DNA from: Phycisphaerales bacterium
Lineage (GTDB): Bacteria; Planctomycetota; Phycisphaerae; Tepidisphaerales; Tepidisphaeraceae
Assembly: GCA_028288945.1 (NCBI GenBank)
Contig: JAQGHH010000601.1
Span: 1-24,710, forward strand
Direction of reading: 5' to 3'
Length of the DNA stretch: 24,710 nt
Part shown: positions 1 through 9,014 of the stretch, one piece after another
How positions within the stretch are numbered: position 1 is the stretch's first letter
Layout: each line of letters opens with the position of its first letter
Position numbers and translations under genes: made by a program
The notes under the pieces: model-generated
What the model was told of the DNA's origin: nothing
The model's input: the letters and a program-made list of their open reading frames with translations, nothing else
The model's database searches: none

Positions 1-270
1 ACGGCGCAGGGAGTCCCCCGCGCTGCCCAATAGTTTCGACGACAGAACCTTCCGCGGCCGAGGAGGTGGATGAAACAGGAGACATGTGAAGAGAGATTGT
101 CAGCGCCGCGGCGCGGACTTGCAACTACTTCGCGCCGCCGTGCCGCTTCCTGATTCCTTGGCGCCCACGGCATCATCCCATGGCATGGGCGGCCCGGCCG
201 GGGCCGTACTCCGCGTTGGCCCGTACTCCGCGATTGGGCCACAACCTGACATCATCGGTATCATGCTGCG

Positions 271-438
271 ATGCCGGAGCCGCGACCGCTGGATTACGCC
301 ACGCCGCGTCCGCGAAAGAAGCGGCGGACTCCGATGTTCGAGCAATGGATTCTGATCGGATGCATTATCATTCCATGCTCGCTGCTTCTTCTCATGCTTT
401 TGTTTTTCGCTTTGGTAGGATGGCTGGAACGCCGCTGA
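271..438 (+). CDS. Small single-pass membrane protein, 55 aa (MPEPRPLDYATPRPRKKRRTPMFEQWILIGCIIIPCSLLLLMLLFFALVGWLERR); not in the ORF track
   Basis: Translated by hand: ATG 271 to TGA 436-438. Basic N-terminus with a PLDYATP motif, then one long hydrophobic helix. TATCAT (-10-like) lies 6 nt upstream of the ATG. Confidence 0.65.
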   Translation: MPEPRPLDYATPRPRKKRRTPMFEQWILIGCIIIPCSLLLLMLLFFALVGWLERR

Positions 439-498
439 ACGCGCGGGCAATGGCCGGCGCATTTCTGGCCGCCCTTGTGTCGAACCCAGGAGTTTCCG

Positions 499-1155
499 AT
501 GCCCGATTGGCATTACACGTCCGGCGGCCAGCAGCACGGGCCGGTCAGTGAAGATCAATTTAGAGCACTCGTCGCCGCCGGCTCGATCCGGCCTTCGGAC
601 CTGGTCTGGAACCAGTCGCTGCCGCAATGGGTCCCGGCGGGGCAGGCCGGCATGGTCATGCCTGCGCAAGACGCCGCGCCCAATCCGGGCTACGCCGTCG
701 CGGCTGCGCCGGCGTCCTATGGTGCACTCGGCTATGAAGCGCCCAGTGCCGACGCGATCCCGTTCACAGACCACTCACTCCAGCTACTCAGGCAGACCCG
801 CCCGTGGGCGATGTTTATCGCGATCATGTTCTTCATCTTTGGGGGCTTGTGCGTGATCGCGGGGGTGACCGTCGCGGCGGCCGCATCCTTCGTCAAAGGC
901 GGCGGGGTGGGCATACCGGTCTGGCTCGGCCTCATCTATGTCGTCCTGGCGGTTGTTTACATCCTTCCCGCCATCTACATGTCCCGTTTTTGCTCGCGAG
1001 TGGGCCGGTTGGCGCGGTTGCGCCAAGCCACTGACCTCGAGGGGGCGCTCGCCGCGATGAAAAGCACCTTTCGGGTGAGCGGAATTCTGATGATCATCTT
1101 CATCGTCGGCTATCTGGTGGTGATAGCAGGTGCCATTGCATTCCACTTAAAATAG
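499..1155 (+). CDS. GYF_2 (DUF4339) domain membrane protein with a DUF5362-like C-terminal TM region
   Basis: N-terminal WHY..GGQQHGPVS...L...G.I.PSDLVWNQSLPQWVPA is the GYF_2 pattern, followed by three hydrophobic helices. SD CAGGAG precedes ATG 499, so the track start at 475 is probably too long. Confidence 0.85.
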   Translation: MPDWHYTSGGQQHGPVSEDQFRALVAAGSIRPSDLVWNQSLPQWVPAGQAGMVMPAQDAAPNPGYAVAAAPASYGALGYEAPSADAIPFTDHSLQLLRQTRPWAMFIAIMFFIFGGLCVIAGVTVAAAASFVKGGGVGIPVWLGLIYVVLAVVYILPAIYMSRFCSRVGRLARLRQATDLEGALAAMKSTFRVSGILMIIFIVGYLVVIAGAIAFHLK

Positions 1156-1211
1156 TGAAGGAAGAGACAAACTTTTGATGACCGGCCTGCCGCGCGGGTA
1201 TAACTCGGGCC

Positions 1212-2039
1212 ATGAAACCAACACTTTTTGCCGCGCTGCTACTTCTCTCAACCGCCGCCTTTGCCGCCGATCCCGGCACACCGGGCGGACTGCCGCCCGG
1301 CGAGCAGGGGGCCAAGGCGACTCTCGAAAAATCTCCCCGCCACGGCGAATGGGTCGACGTAACCGTTCCCAACTCCAAGACCCCGCTCCGCAGCTACATC
1401 GTCTACCCCGAGCGCAAGGACAAAGCGCCCGTGGTCATCGTGATCCACGAGATCTTCGGCGAAAGTGATTGGATCCGCTCCGTCACCGACCAACTGGCCG
1501 CGGACGGGTTTATCGCGATCGCGCCGGACATGCTTTCGGGCCACGGGAAAGACGGCGGCGGCACCGACACCTTCGCGAGTCGCGACGATGTCACAAAGGC
1601 GATCCGCGGCCTCACGCCGGAGGAAGTGACGGCGGACCTGAACGCCGTCCGCGACTACGGCAGCAAACTCCCCGCCTCCAGCGGAAAGACCGGGACGATC
1701 GGCTTCTGCTGGGGTGGCGGGCAAAGCTTCGCCTACGCCGCGGCCCAGCCGGGCCTCAGCGCCGCCGTCGTCTATTACGGTGCGCCTCCCGCCAGTGATG
1801 TATTGGGAAAAATCGCCTGCCCCGTCCTAGGCCTTTACGGCGGCAACGATGCCCGCATCACCTCCACCGTCGATCCCACCGTCGCCGCCATGAAGAAGCT
1901 GGGCAAGCCGTACACGCCGCACGTCTACGACGGCGCAGGCCACGGCTTCCTCCGCGCCCAGGACAAGGAGGCCAACAAGAAGGCCGCCGACCAGGCCTGG
2001 CCGGCGACAATCGAATTCCTCCGCACGAACACGAAGTAG
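1212..2039 (+). CDS. Secreted dienelactone hydrolase family protein (alpha/beta hydrolase)
   Basis: Signal peptide; VIHEIFG, nucleophile motif GFCWGG, YGGND and catalytic-His motif GAGHGF. Confidence 0.93.
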   Translation: MKPTLFAALLLLSTAAFAADPGTPGGLPPGEQGAKATLEKSPRHGEWVDVTVPNSKTPLRSYIVYPERKDKAPVVIVIHEIFGESDWIRSVTDQLAADGFIAIAPDMLSGHGKDGGGTDTFASRDDVTKAIRGLTPEEVTADLNAVRDYGSKLPASSGKTGTIGFCWGGGQSFAYAAAQPGLSAAVVYYGAPPASDVLGKIACPVLGLYGGNDARITSTVDPTVAAMKKLGKPYTPHVYDGAGHGFLRAQDKEANKKAADQAWPATIEFLRTNTK

Positions 2040-2082
2040 CTGAATGCGGCAGCCATTCGTTCCGCGCAAAAACTGGCTTCCT

Positions 2083-2415
2083 CAGCCCCGGAGGGGCGTA
2101 AGACCTTAGCCCACGACGCGAGTCGTGGGTGTTCATCGAGAAGGGTTTACAGCCCCGGAGGGGCGTAAGAAGCGCAGGACGAAGTGTGCGTTGTTCGCAC
2201 GGATCGGACCCGCGGCTTCGGGTGTTTGACCCGGGGCGTCGAAATGGACGACACGGCCGGGCTCCAACCACTCGTACGATCGATACACCTTCTGATCGCC
2301 GACAACCGCTTGGTTATCCGATGCTTCTTACGGCCCTCCGGGGCTGGTTGTATCTACTACATTTGTCACCCACGGCTTACGCCGTGGGCTAAGGTCTTTC
2401 GCCCCCCCGGGGCTG
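2083..2415. repeat. Nested REP-like inverted repeats: outer pair 2083-2130/2368-2415, inner pair 2150-2173/2323-2346
   Basis: The CAGCCCCGGAGGGGCGTAAGA unit occurs 4 times (2 forward, 2 reverse). Outer copies also carry a CCCACG(A/G)-N6-(T/C)CGTGGG hairpin. Located between convergent genes. Confidence 0.85.
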
Positions 2416-2474
2416 GGGAGCCGCCATCGGCTCGGTGCACTGAATTGTAATTACTCCCCGGCGCACATTATTCA

Positions 2475-2975
2475 TCAATCTTTCCACGCCCCCAAGAGTC
2501 GCCGGATGATGATCAACTGCCCGAGGTGATACGCGTTGTGATCGGCGACAAGCAGCGCCTCGCGGAGGAGGGTTTGCCCCTGCCCGCCGGGGATGGGGGC
2601 TAGGAGGTCCGTGGCTTTGTTCGCCACGAGATCCTGCATCGCCGTCGCGTCCGCCTTGAACGACTCGACGCTTTGATCCCACGCCTTCTCGTCCGGCGGC
2701 CCGTCGCCCACCGGCCAGTACCCTTCGGGCCAATCCGGCGAGACATGCGAACCGTCCCGGCTGAAATCCAATATGTCCCGCTGCGCGATGCTCATGTGCT
2801 CGAGCAACCGCCACGGCGTATGCGGCTGTCCCGGCGGCTTCGCCCCGCGCAATTTCGCCGGCAGGCCGCCAACCGCGCGATCGAATTCCACATGCGCATG
2901 ACCGCCGCGTAACAGTTCCAACAGATGTTCGCGCAGTGCGCGATCGCGATCGGTGAGTGAATCGTGCTTGGCCAT
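2475..2975 (-). CDS. DinB family protein (DinB_2-like)
   Basis: GGHAH near the N-terminus, WRLLEHM and C-terminal DHNAYHLGQ metal-binding His motifs. Start set at MAKHD (2975); the track gives 2987. Confidence 0.9.
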   Translation of the reverse strand: MAKHDSLTDRDRALREHLLELLRGGHAHVEFDRAVGGLPAKLRGAKPPGQPHTPWRLLEHMSIAQRDILDFSRDGSHVSPDWPEGYWPVGDGPPDEKAWDQSVESFKADATAMQDLVANKATDLLAPIPGGQGQTLLREALLVADHNAYHLGQLIIIRRLLGAWKD

Positions 2976-3034
2976 TGGAATCCCCATTTTGATTCCAACG
3001 ATATTCGCATGACAAGACGTGCGTGAACATAGGA

Positions 3035-3071
3035 AAAACGAAAACGGGCCGCCCGGAATTGGGCGGCCCGT
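3035..3071 (-). terminator. Rho-independent terminator of the 3124..3714 gene
   Basis: Perfect 11-bp stem ACGGGCCGCCC (3044-3054) / GGGCGGCCCGT (3061-3071), followed on the minus strand by TTTCGTTTTT. Confidence 0.85.
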
Positions 3072-3123
3072 CGGTCTGCTTTACATGCCGGCAATCAAAC
3101 GCCGGCGCTATCGGTAGATAAGT

Positions 3124-3714
3124 TCAGTTCCCCGCCGCGCCGGCACCCGCGCCGCCGCCTCGGCGTCCCCCCTGGCCACCGCGGCCGCCGCCGAACTGCG
3201 CTGCGGCGTCCTGACGCGCCTTGGCGATCTTCGCCTGCTCGTCGGTGAGCCGCTGCACTTGCTCGGTGGTGAGCACGGCCTGGATCTGCTTGGCCGCTTC
3301 GTCGGCGTTCGGGGCCGAGGCGAAGAGCTGTGTGCGGGCCGTGTTCAGTTCCTGCCGCTTGTCCTGGGCATCCTGCCCGGCGTTGCGCAGCTCGGCGAAC
3401 TGGTCCTGGATTTTCTTGATGTCGGCGGCGTGCTCGGTTCGCCACTGGTCGGATTGCTTCTTGAAGTCATCGCGGATGCTCTGGATTTTCGTTTTCTGGT
3501 CGGGGGCCAGGGCAAAATCCGGCGCGAGATTCAGCTCGCCCAGTGCCGACACCAGCTCATTGAGCGCGTTGCGCCCGAATCCCCGGTTGCCGCGGGGCGG
3601 CTGTTGCTGAGCGGGGGCCGGTGTGGGTGCGGGATCGTCCGCCCCGAAGCTCCAAACGGGCATGGCGAGCGCAAAAGCAGCCGCGGAAACGAGTAACGTC
3701 TTGCGAAGTTTCAT
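3124..3714 (-). CDS. Secreted helical protein, Spy/CpxP (LTXXQ-motif)-like
   Basis: Signal peptide MKLRKTLLVSAAAFALAMPVWSFGA; LAPDQKTKI and LTTEQ motifs; Gly/Arg-rich tail; SD AAGGAG upstream of ATG 3714. Confidence 0.75.
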   Translation of the reverse strand: MKLRKTLLVSAAAFALAMPVWSFGADDPAPTPAPAQQQPPRGNRGFGRNALNELVSALGELNLAPDFALAPDQKTKIQSIRDDFKKQSDQWRTEHAADIKKIQDQFAELRNAGQDAQDKRQELNTARTQLFASAPNADEAAKQIQAVLTTEQVQRLTDEQAKIAKARQDAAAQFGGGRGGQGGRRGGGAGAGAAGN

Positions 3715-3902
3715 AGCCAATCGCTCCTTCACCAGCCGGGCGTCCGCCGGGCGTAGGGTGAGATGTTGGGCGGTCGCAAGCCATCGGCCTTTAGTCCCAC
3801 CCCCGGGCGGGACACCCGCCCTGACATGCCGGTGCGATCACCTCTGGATGCTTAGCACCCCGGCCCCGCGGGAATATTCCGGGAAAAGTGCGGAAAGAAA
3901 AA

Positions 3903-4153
3903 TGCAGAATGAAGAGTGCAGAATGCAGAGTAAGGAAGCAGCGAATGGCCAGGAGCCATGCGCCCAAGCCCGGGAATACCCATACACGCCGGGTACGAGC
4001 GCCAGCGAGGCCCCGGATTCTTGGGGACGCGATTCTCCGATCCACCGAATCCGGGGCCTCGCTTTCAGCTCGTACCCGGCGTGATGAACGTACACACAGC
4101 GCGCAAGACTGACCGCTCAACCCTTTTTATTCTGCACTCTGCACTCTTCTGCA
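3903..4153. repeat. Inverted pair of heptamer tandem repeats (TGCAGAA/TGCAGAG)n at 3903-3930 and 4130-4153
   Basis: Left: TGCAGAA-TGAAGAG-TGCAGAA-TGCAGAG. Right: TTCTGCA-CTCTGCA-CTC-TTCTGCA (reverse complement). Confidence 0.75.
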
Positions 4154-4169
4154 CTTCCCGAGAATTCAA

Positions 4170-4212
4170 TTGCATTGCCCCCATCACGACTGTACCATTG
4201 AACTAGTACAAT
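4170..4212 (+). promoter_or_regulatory. Promoter and YtrA-type GntR operator
   Basis: TTGCAT (4170-75), 17 bp, TACCAT (4193-98); alternative -10 TACAAT at 4207-12. The palindrome TGTAC-N10-GTACA (4191-4210) overlaps the -10 and resembles YtrA-family operators. Confidence 0.7.
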
Positions 4213-4224
4213 AGGCCAAAGCCC

Positions 4225-4620
4225 ATGCAGATCCACATTTCCCCCAGCGACGGCGTCCCGATCTACCTGCAGATCGTCAATCAGGTGAAATACCTCGTCT
4301 CTTCGGGCCGCCTCGCCGAGGGGGAGGAGCTGCCGCCGATCCGGGTGTTGGCGGAGAAGCTGGTCATCAATCCGAACACGGTCGCGCGGGCGTACCGCGA
4401 GTTGGAACTCGCGGGGATCGTCGAGAAGCGGCGAACCAGCGGTACGTACGTCTCGGGCGCCGGCCCGCGGCTCGTGCGGCGCGACCGGCTCAAGATCATC
4501 ACGCAGCGGATCGACGGCCTGCTCGCCGAGGCCCGACAGATGGATATCCCGCTCGACGAAGTCATCGCCATTCTCCGTCAACGCGACGGGGTCATGCAGG
4601 CACACCACGCGGAGGACTGA
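4225..4620 (+). CDS. GntR family transcriptional regulator, YtrA subfamily
   Basis: PIYLQI..Q.K..V.SG.L..GE.LP.IR.LA..L.INPNTVARAYRELE winged HTH with a short C-terminal domain; first gene of an ABC operon. Confidence 0.95.
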   Translation: MQIHISPSDGVPIYLQIVNQVKYLVSSGRLAEGEELPPIRVLAEKLVINPNTVARAYRELELAGIVEKRRTSGTYVSGAGPRLVRRDRLKIITQRIDGLLAEARQMDIPLDEVIAILRQRDGVMQAHHAED

Positions 4621-4623
4621 ATC

Positions 4624-5592
4624 ATGGTCGCCCCCAACACTCTGTTAGAGCGCGCGGAACCCGAACCGATCGCCGGGGATTCAGTGGTCGAAGTGCGCAA
4701 CGTCTGCCGGCGATTCGGCGCGAAGCTCGCGCTCGACGATGTGAGCCTCTCGCTCCCCGCCGGCACGGTGCTGGGCCTCGTCGGCGAAAACGGCGCGGGC
4801 AAAACCACGCTCATCAAACACATTCTCGGGCTTCTCAAAGCGCAGGTCGGGACCGTGCGCGTGTTCGGGCTCGATCCGGTGGCCCAGCCCGTGCGCGTGC
4901 TGTCGGGGATCGGCTACCTTTCCGAAGAGCCCGACCTGCCCGGCTGGATGCGCGTGCGAGATCTTCTCCGATACGTCGCGGCGTTCTACCCGTCGTGGGA
5001 CCACGCCTACGCCGAGCAACTCCGCCAGGAATTCGCGCTCGATCCGATGGCGAAGGTGAAGCATTTGTCCAAGGGACAAAAAGCGCGTGCGGGATTGCTG
5101 GCGGCGCTGGCGTATCGGCCGCAATTGCTGGTGCTTGATGAGCCGTCGTCCGGGCTCGATCCGATCGTCCGCCGCGACATCCTCGGCGCGATCATCCGCA
5201 CGATCGCGGACGAGGGGCGCACGGTTCTTTTCTCATCGCATTTGCTGGCCGAGGTGGAGCGGGTTTCGGATCGAGTGGCGATGATCCGCGCCGGCCGCAT
5301 TTTGTTTTGCGATTCGTTGGACAAAGTAAAGCAGACGCACGCCCGGCTGACGTTCCGATTCGACAGCCCGCGCGAATCGCCGCCCGTGCTGGCGGGAGCG
5401 CTCACCTGGGACGGCGCTGGTCACGACTGGACGGCCGTCTACGCGGGTTCGCCCGGCGACCTGCCGACTCAGACCCAACAGTGGGACGCCCGGCTCGTTG
5501 AACAATCCGGCCTCTCCCTCGACGAAATCTTCCTGGCCCGCACCAGCAGCAAAACCGCCACGGCCAACGCGAGCGAGGAGGACGAAGCATGA
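4624..5592 (+). CDS. ABC transporter ATP-binding protein (ABC-2 exporter type)
   Basis: Walker A GENGAGKTT, signature LSKGQ, Walker B LLVLDEP, H-loop SSH. Confidence 0.96.
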   Translation: MVAPNTLLERAEPEPIAGDSVVEVRNVCRRFGAKLALDDVSLSLPAGTVLGLVGENGAGKTTLIKHILGLLKAQVGTVRVFGLDPVAQPVRVLSGIGYLSEEPDLPGWMRVRDLLRYVAAFYPSWDHAYAEQLRQEFALDPMAKVKHLSKGQKARAGLLAALAYRPQLLVLDEPSSGLDPIVRRDILGAIIRTIADEGRTVLFSSHLLAEVERVSDRVAMIRAGRILFCDSLDKVKQTHARLTFRFDSPRESPPVLAGALTWDGAGHDWTAVYAGSPGDLPTQTQQWDARLVEQSGLSLDEIFLARTSSKTATANASEEDEA

Positions 5593-7259
5593 ACTCTCCA
5601 GCCCTCGGCATCGGGATTTACCTCTGGCTGCGCTTTCGCTGGGTGGTCGGCGGAATGCTGGCGTATCTGCTCGCGCTGGCCGTCGCGGCACGCATTCCGC
5701 GCGTTCATGCGTCGCCGGATTTCGCCCTGCCCATTGTCGCGTTGCTGATGTTCCCGCTGGCGATCCCGTTCACTTACCTCGTGCACGCCTTTACCTACGG
5801 GCCGACCGACCTCGCCGCCCGCACCTCCGGATTTCCCAGGCACATGCTCTCGCTCCCGGCGTCCGCGCGCGCCCTGGCCGGATGGCCGATGCTCATCGGC
5901 TCGGTGATGATCGGCACGTTCTGGGCGCTGGCGGCGGGTTTGGTGCTCAATGCCTGCGGGGTGGGCGTCCCGGTCCTCTGGCCGGCGTTCATGGCCGGCG
6001 CGGTCATCGCCTGGATTCAGGCCATCGCATGGGTGCCATTCCCGTTCCCGATCGGCCGGGCCGTCGTGCTCATCCCGATCATCATGGGGCTCATCGTGTG
6101 CGGCTTGTACGCCGGCAGCCTGGGCGTTTCCCCCGTTGCGATCGCGGCGGGATACGCGGCGCTGGCCCTGCTCGCGCATGCCCTGGCCGCGCGAGGCGTC
6201 GCCCGCTTCCGTCTCGGCGACGGCGGTGGGAATAGGCTCGCTGAATCGTTGCGCCGCCGGGTGTTTTCGACTTCAGATTCACAAAGCGCCGTGCGGCGTC
6301 GCGCGAAGCCCCCATTCCGTTCCCCCGCGGCGGCCCAACTCTGGTACGAATGCCGCCGAAACATCGCCTTCCTTCCCGGAATGACTGCGGTCACTTGCAT
6401 CGCCATGTTCGTTCCGCTCGTGAAGGCCGCGCGGGCCACTCCCATCCCCCGGAGCGCGATCGGCGCTTTTGACGTCCCCATACCGATCTTCGGCCTCTGC
6501 GCGTGTCTCGTCAGCCTGTACGCCATTTCAGGCATGGCCGGCGGCGGCCTGGGCAAGTCCGACTACTGGGGAAAGGTCGCCCAGTGGCCCGCGTTCCTGA
6601 CCACGCGGCCCCTCCCAACCGCCGACTTCGTGCTGGCGAAGCTGAAAGCCGCCGCCATCAGCACGGCGATCGCTTGCGCGATCATATTTGGGTTTGCCTC
6701 CCTCGGCTCGATCCTGACGCCCAACCCGTTCGATCGCAGCCAATCGCTCGCCGCCTGGGCGATGCATCACGCCACACCCCAGCTCACGATGTATGGCGTT
6801 GCGGGGGTGGTCCTTTTCGTATTCGGCATATGGCGCAACCAAGTCGGCGGCCTTTTCTTTCCGCTCAGCGGCCGACCCTGGTTCATGACCGCCTTCGGCG
6901 TCATCCCCTCGATCGTGTCCCTGCTGGTCATCAGCTTGGGCGGCGTGGTCGCATATCGGCACCCCGTAATTCTTCCGGTCGTCCGGCGGGTTACCCCCTG
7001 GGTGTTCTCTGGCGTCGTCGCGATCAACCTCGCCGTCGGGGTGGCGCTTGCGGCGGCGCTCCGCCGCACCCGCATGATGCAGCCGCGGACGATCGCTCTT
7101 CTGGTGGCCGGTTGGCTGGTGATCGTGCTTGGCCTGCTCGTCATTCTCCACGGCCAGGTCCGCGCGCACCCCATTCTGATTCCGGCGATCTTGTTGTTTC
7201 TCCCCGCGACCCGGCTGGCCGCCGCTCCGCTCGCGCTGCGTTGGAACCGCCACCGATGA
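5589..7259 (+). CDS. Polytopic membrane protein, probable ABC-2 permease of the GntR/ABC operon
   Basis: ATGA overlap with the ATPase gene; about 12 hydrophobic segments in two similar halves, ending in the shared RWNRHR-type motif (compare WYECRR in the first half). Confidence 0.8.
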   Translation: MNSPALGIGIYLWLRFRWVVGGMLAYLLALAVAARIPRVHASPDFALPIVALLMFPLAIPFTYLVHAFTYGPTDLAARTSGFPRHMLSLPASARALAGWPMLIGSVMIGTFWALAAGLVLNACGVGVPVLWPAFMAGAVIAWIQAIAWVPFPFPIGRAVVLIPIIMGLIVCGLYAGSLGVSPVAIAAGYAALALLAHALAARGVARFRLGDGGGNRLAESLRRRVFSTSDSQSAVRRRAKPPFRSPAAAQLWYECRRNIAFLPGMTAVTCIAMFVPLVKAARATPIPRSAIGAFDVPIPIFGLCACLVSLYAISGMAGGGLGKSDYWGKVAQWPAFLTTRPLPTADFVLAKLKAAAISTAIACAIIFGFASLGSILTPNPFDRSQSLAAWAMHHATPQLTMYGVAGVVLFVFGIWRNQVGGLFFPLSGRPWFMTAFGVIPSIVSLLVISLGGVVAYRHPVILPVVRRVTPWVFSGVVAINLAVGVALAAALRRTRMMQPRTIALLVAGWLVIVLGLLVILHGQVRAHPILIPAILLFLPATRLAAAPLALRWNRHR

Positions 7260-7268
7260 GAGGCGGTT

Positions 7269-7724
7269 CTATTTATGTGGCGAATTTACTGGCATGTTGA
7301 CTGGTTCATTGTTTTCCCCCGCATCGGCCACGGCGCACGAGTGCAAAAGCCCTTCAGCCATCGCCGGCTCAACCCGCAGGGCCAAGGGGGGCCATTGCCC
7401 GACGGTCACGGTGACGATGCACTCCGCCGCGTGCCCCGGGCGGGCCGGCTCGCAGATGACGCTCGACACGTGCTTCAAATCAATCGCCCAGTTCCCATGA
7501 AATAAAAGATGCGGCGCAAGTCCGTTCTTGAGCGCGTGCCACACGGTGTTGGCATTGATGGATTGATGGCTCAGCCGCAACGTGGGGGCCGCGGCGGGGT
7601 CTTCGGTGTCCATGTAGATCCGAAGCTCTTGAATCGCCGCACTGTGGGGAAAGTGCACCGACTGAATCGCATAAACCCGATCCAGCTCAACCGCGACGCC
7701 GGCTCCAAGCCTTACCAGTGCCAT
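7269..7724 (-). CDS. Hypothetical protein with two similar beta-rich halves
   Basis: SD AAGGAG 6 nt before ATG 7724; protein-like composition; no family recognised. Confidence 0.65.
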   Translation of the reverse strand: MALVRLGAGVAVELDRVYAIQSVHFPHSAAIQELRIYMDTEDPAAAPTLRLSHQSINANTVWHALKNGLAPHLLFHGNWAIDLKHVSSVICEPARPGHAAECIVTVTVGQWPPLALRVEPAMAEGLLHSCAVADAGENNEPVNMPVNSPHK

Positions 7725-8037
7725 CGGCATCTCCTTCCCGTTCACGCCCGCGGCTCGGCAAAATCAACGACCATCACCGCGCCGCGGGTTTCCCCCTTCG
7801 ATATGAGGCGGCCGCGCAAACGTTTCCGCCGACCGTGAGATTCTACCCGCCAATGCTGCTGCCATGGACGGGGAAATTCACTGACGTTGAGCGATTGCGC
7901 ACGGGGACGCCGCTGGAGTCGCCGAGGTCTCCCAGCAGCAGGCAGTTTGCGGCGCGTTTTCTTTTCGCTGGCGCGAAACGCGCCCCGCAAGCGGGGCGGC
8001 TAAACGGATGTGGCCGGTCCCGCTCATCTGCGAGGAC

Positions 8038-8526
8038 TCAATCCGCGTGGGGAGCAATGGCGCCCTTATGGGCAAGCACCTGTTCCAGCTCGGCCACGAA
8101 CGCCGCCTGCGCCGGGTTCATTTTTTTCTTCGCCGTTTCAAGGCCGAACCACTCCGCCCGGTCCACTTCCGGAAACTCCGCCTGCTTCCCCGATCGCGGC
8201 GGCCATTCCATCATGAACGTGTTGCTCTTGATGGCGGCAGCATCAATATCCCCTTCCACCGCCCACGCATGAACGACCTTCCCCGACTTCTGTTTCACCG
8301 GACTGAGCGCAATTAATCGACCGGCGGGCGCGAAGCCCGTCTCCTCCAGAAACTCACGCCGGGCGGCGTCCAGCAGTTCTTCACCCGCCGCCACAACGCC
8401 CTTGGGAATCGTCCACGCCCCCTCGTCCTTGTTCCGCCAAAACGGCCCGCCGGGATGAACGAGCAGCACTTGCGGCTTGCCCTGGCGGACGCGGTACATG
8501 AGTAGACCGGCGCTGAATTGCGGCAT
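8038..8526 (-). CDS. NUDIX hydrolase (COG4119-like predicted NTP pyrophosphohydrolase)
   Basis: SAGLLMYR..VLLVHPGGPFW..KDEGAWTIPKG, Nudix box AARREFLEETG, FPEVDRAEWF. Confidence 0.95.
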   Translation of the reverse strand: MPQFSAGLLMYRVRQGKPQVLLVHPGGPFWRNKDEGAWTIPKGVVAAGEELLDAARREFLEETGFAPAGRLIALSPVKQKSGKVVHAWAVEGDIDAAAIKSNTFMMEWPPRSGKQAEFPEVDRAEWFGLETAKKKMNPAQAAFVAELEQVLAHKGAIAPHAD

Positions 8527-8532
8527 GCCGGG

Positions 8533-8541
8533 ATTGTATCA
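8533..8541 (-). promoter_or_regulatory. Extended -10 promoter (TGnTACAAT), probably giving a leaderless NUDIX mRNA
   Basis: Minus strand reads TGATACAATCCCGGC-ATG: 6 nt between the -10 and the start codon, with no SD. Confidence 0.55.
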
Positions 8542-9014
8542 TTCGGCGGGGCTCACTGCCGCTTAGGTAGAGGTCATTTGTTGACGCCAAAACCTTTGTA
8601 AGCCGCAGCACCGGATCCAGCTCAGCTCGTCTTTGTCTCCGACTGCTTTCTACATTGTCTCGACCATTTCGTCCCGCTAGATTGAATCTCCATTCATGGA
8701 TGGTCGGACGTTTGTGGAAAACCCTCCCCAAACGCCATCGAGAAGTTCGGGACGATGACCGCCGACAACGACGCCTGCCGGGCGGCCAGTATCGAGCGGA
8801 ATTCTTACCCTTACGAGCAAGAGCACCACCCGATCTGACGATCGATTCAGCGAGCAGATCCGTATCAGTCGAGAACCAATTTAGTCACACAGGTCGGTCA
8901 GCGTCTAATTAGAGTGAGGAACAACTCATTACTCGCGACAGCTGGCAATCGGTGAATGACGTCGTTCCGCACGGATCCAGTCTTTCAGACTCCGCCGCCA
9001 AGGGAATAGTGAAC

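Noticed and set aside
203-233. Short direct repeat CCGTACTCCGCG x2
   Set aside because: Only two 12-bp copies in GC-rich DNA, with no associated structure.
100-774. Long ORFs 100..774 (-), 86..355 (+) and 180..551 (+)
   Set aside because: Low-complexity Arg/Ala/Ser-rich translations overlapping better-supported genes (271..438 and 499..1155).
6017-7300. Alternative-frame ORFs over the ABC permease (e.g. 6503..7300 +, 6528..7253 -)
   Set aside because: Typical high-GC shadow frames; the permease frame has the TM pattern and operon coupling.
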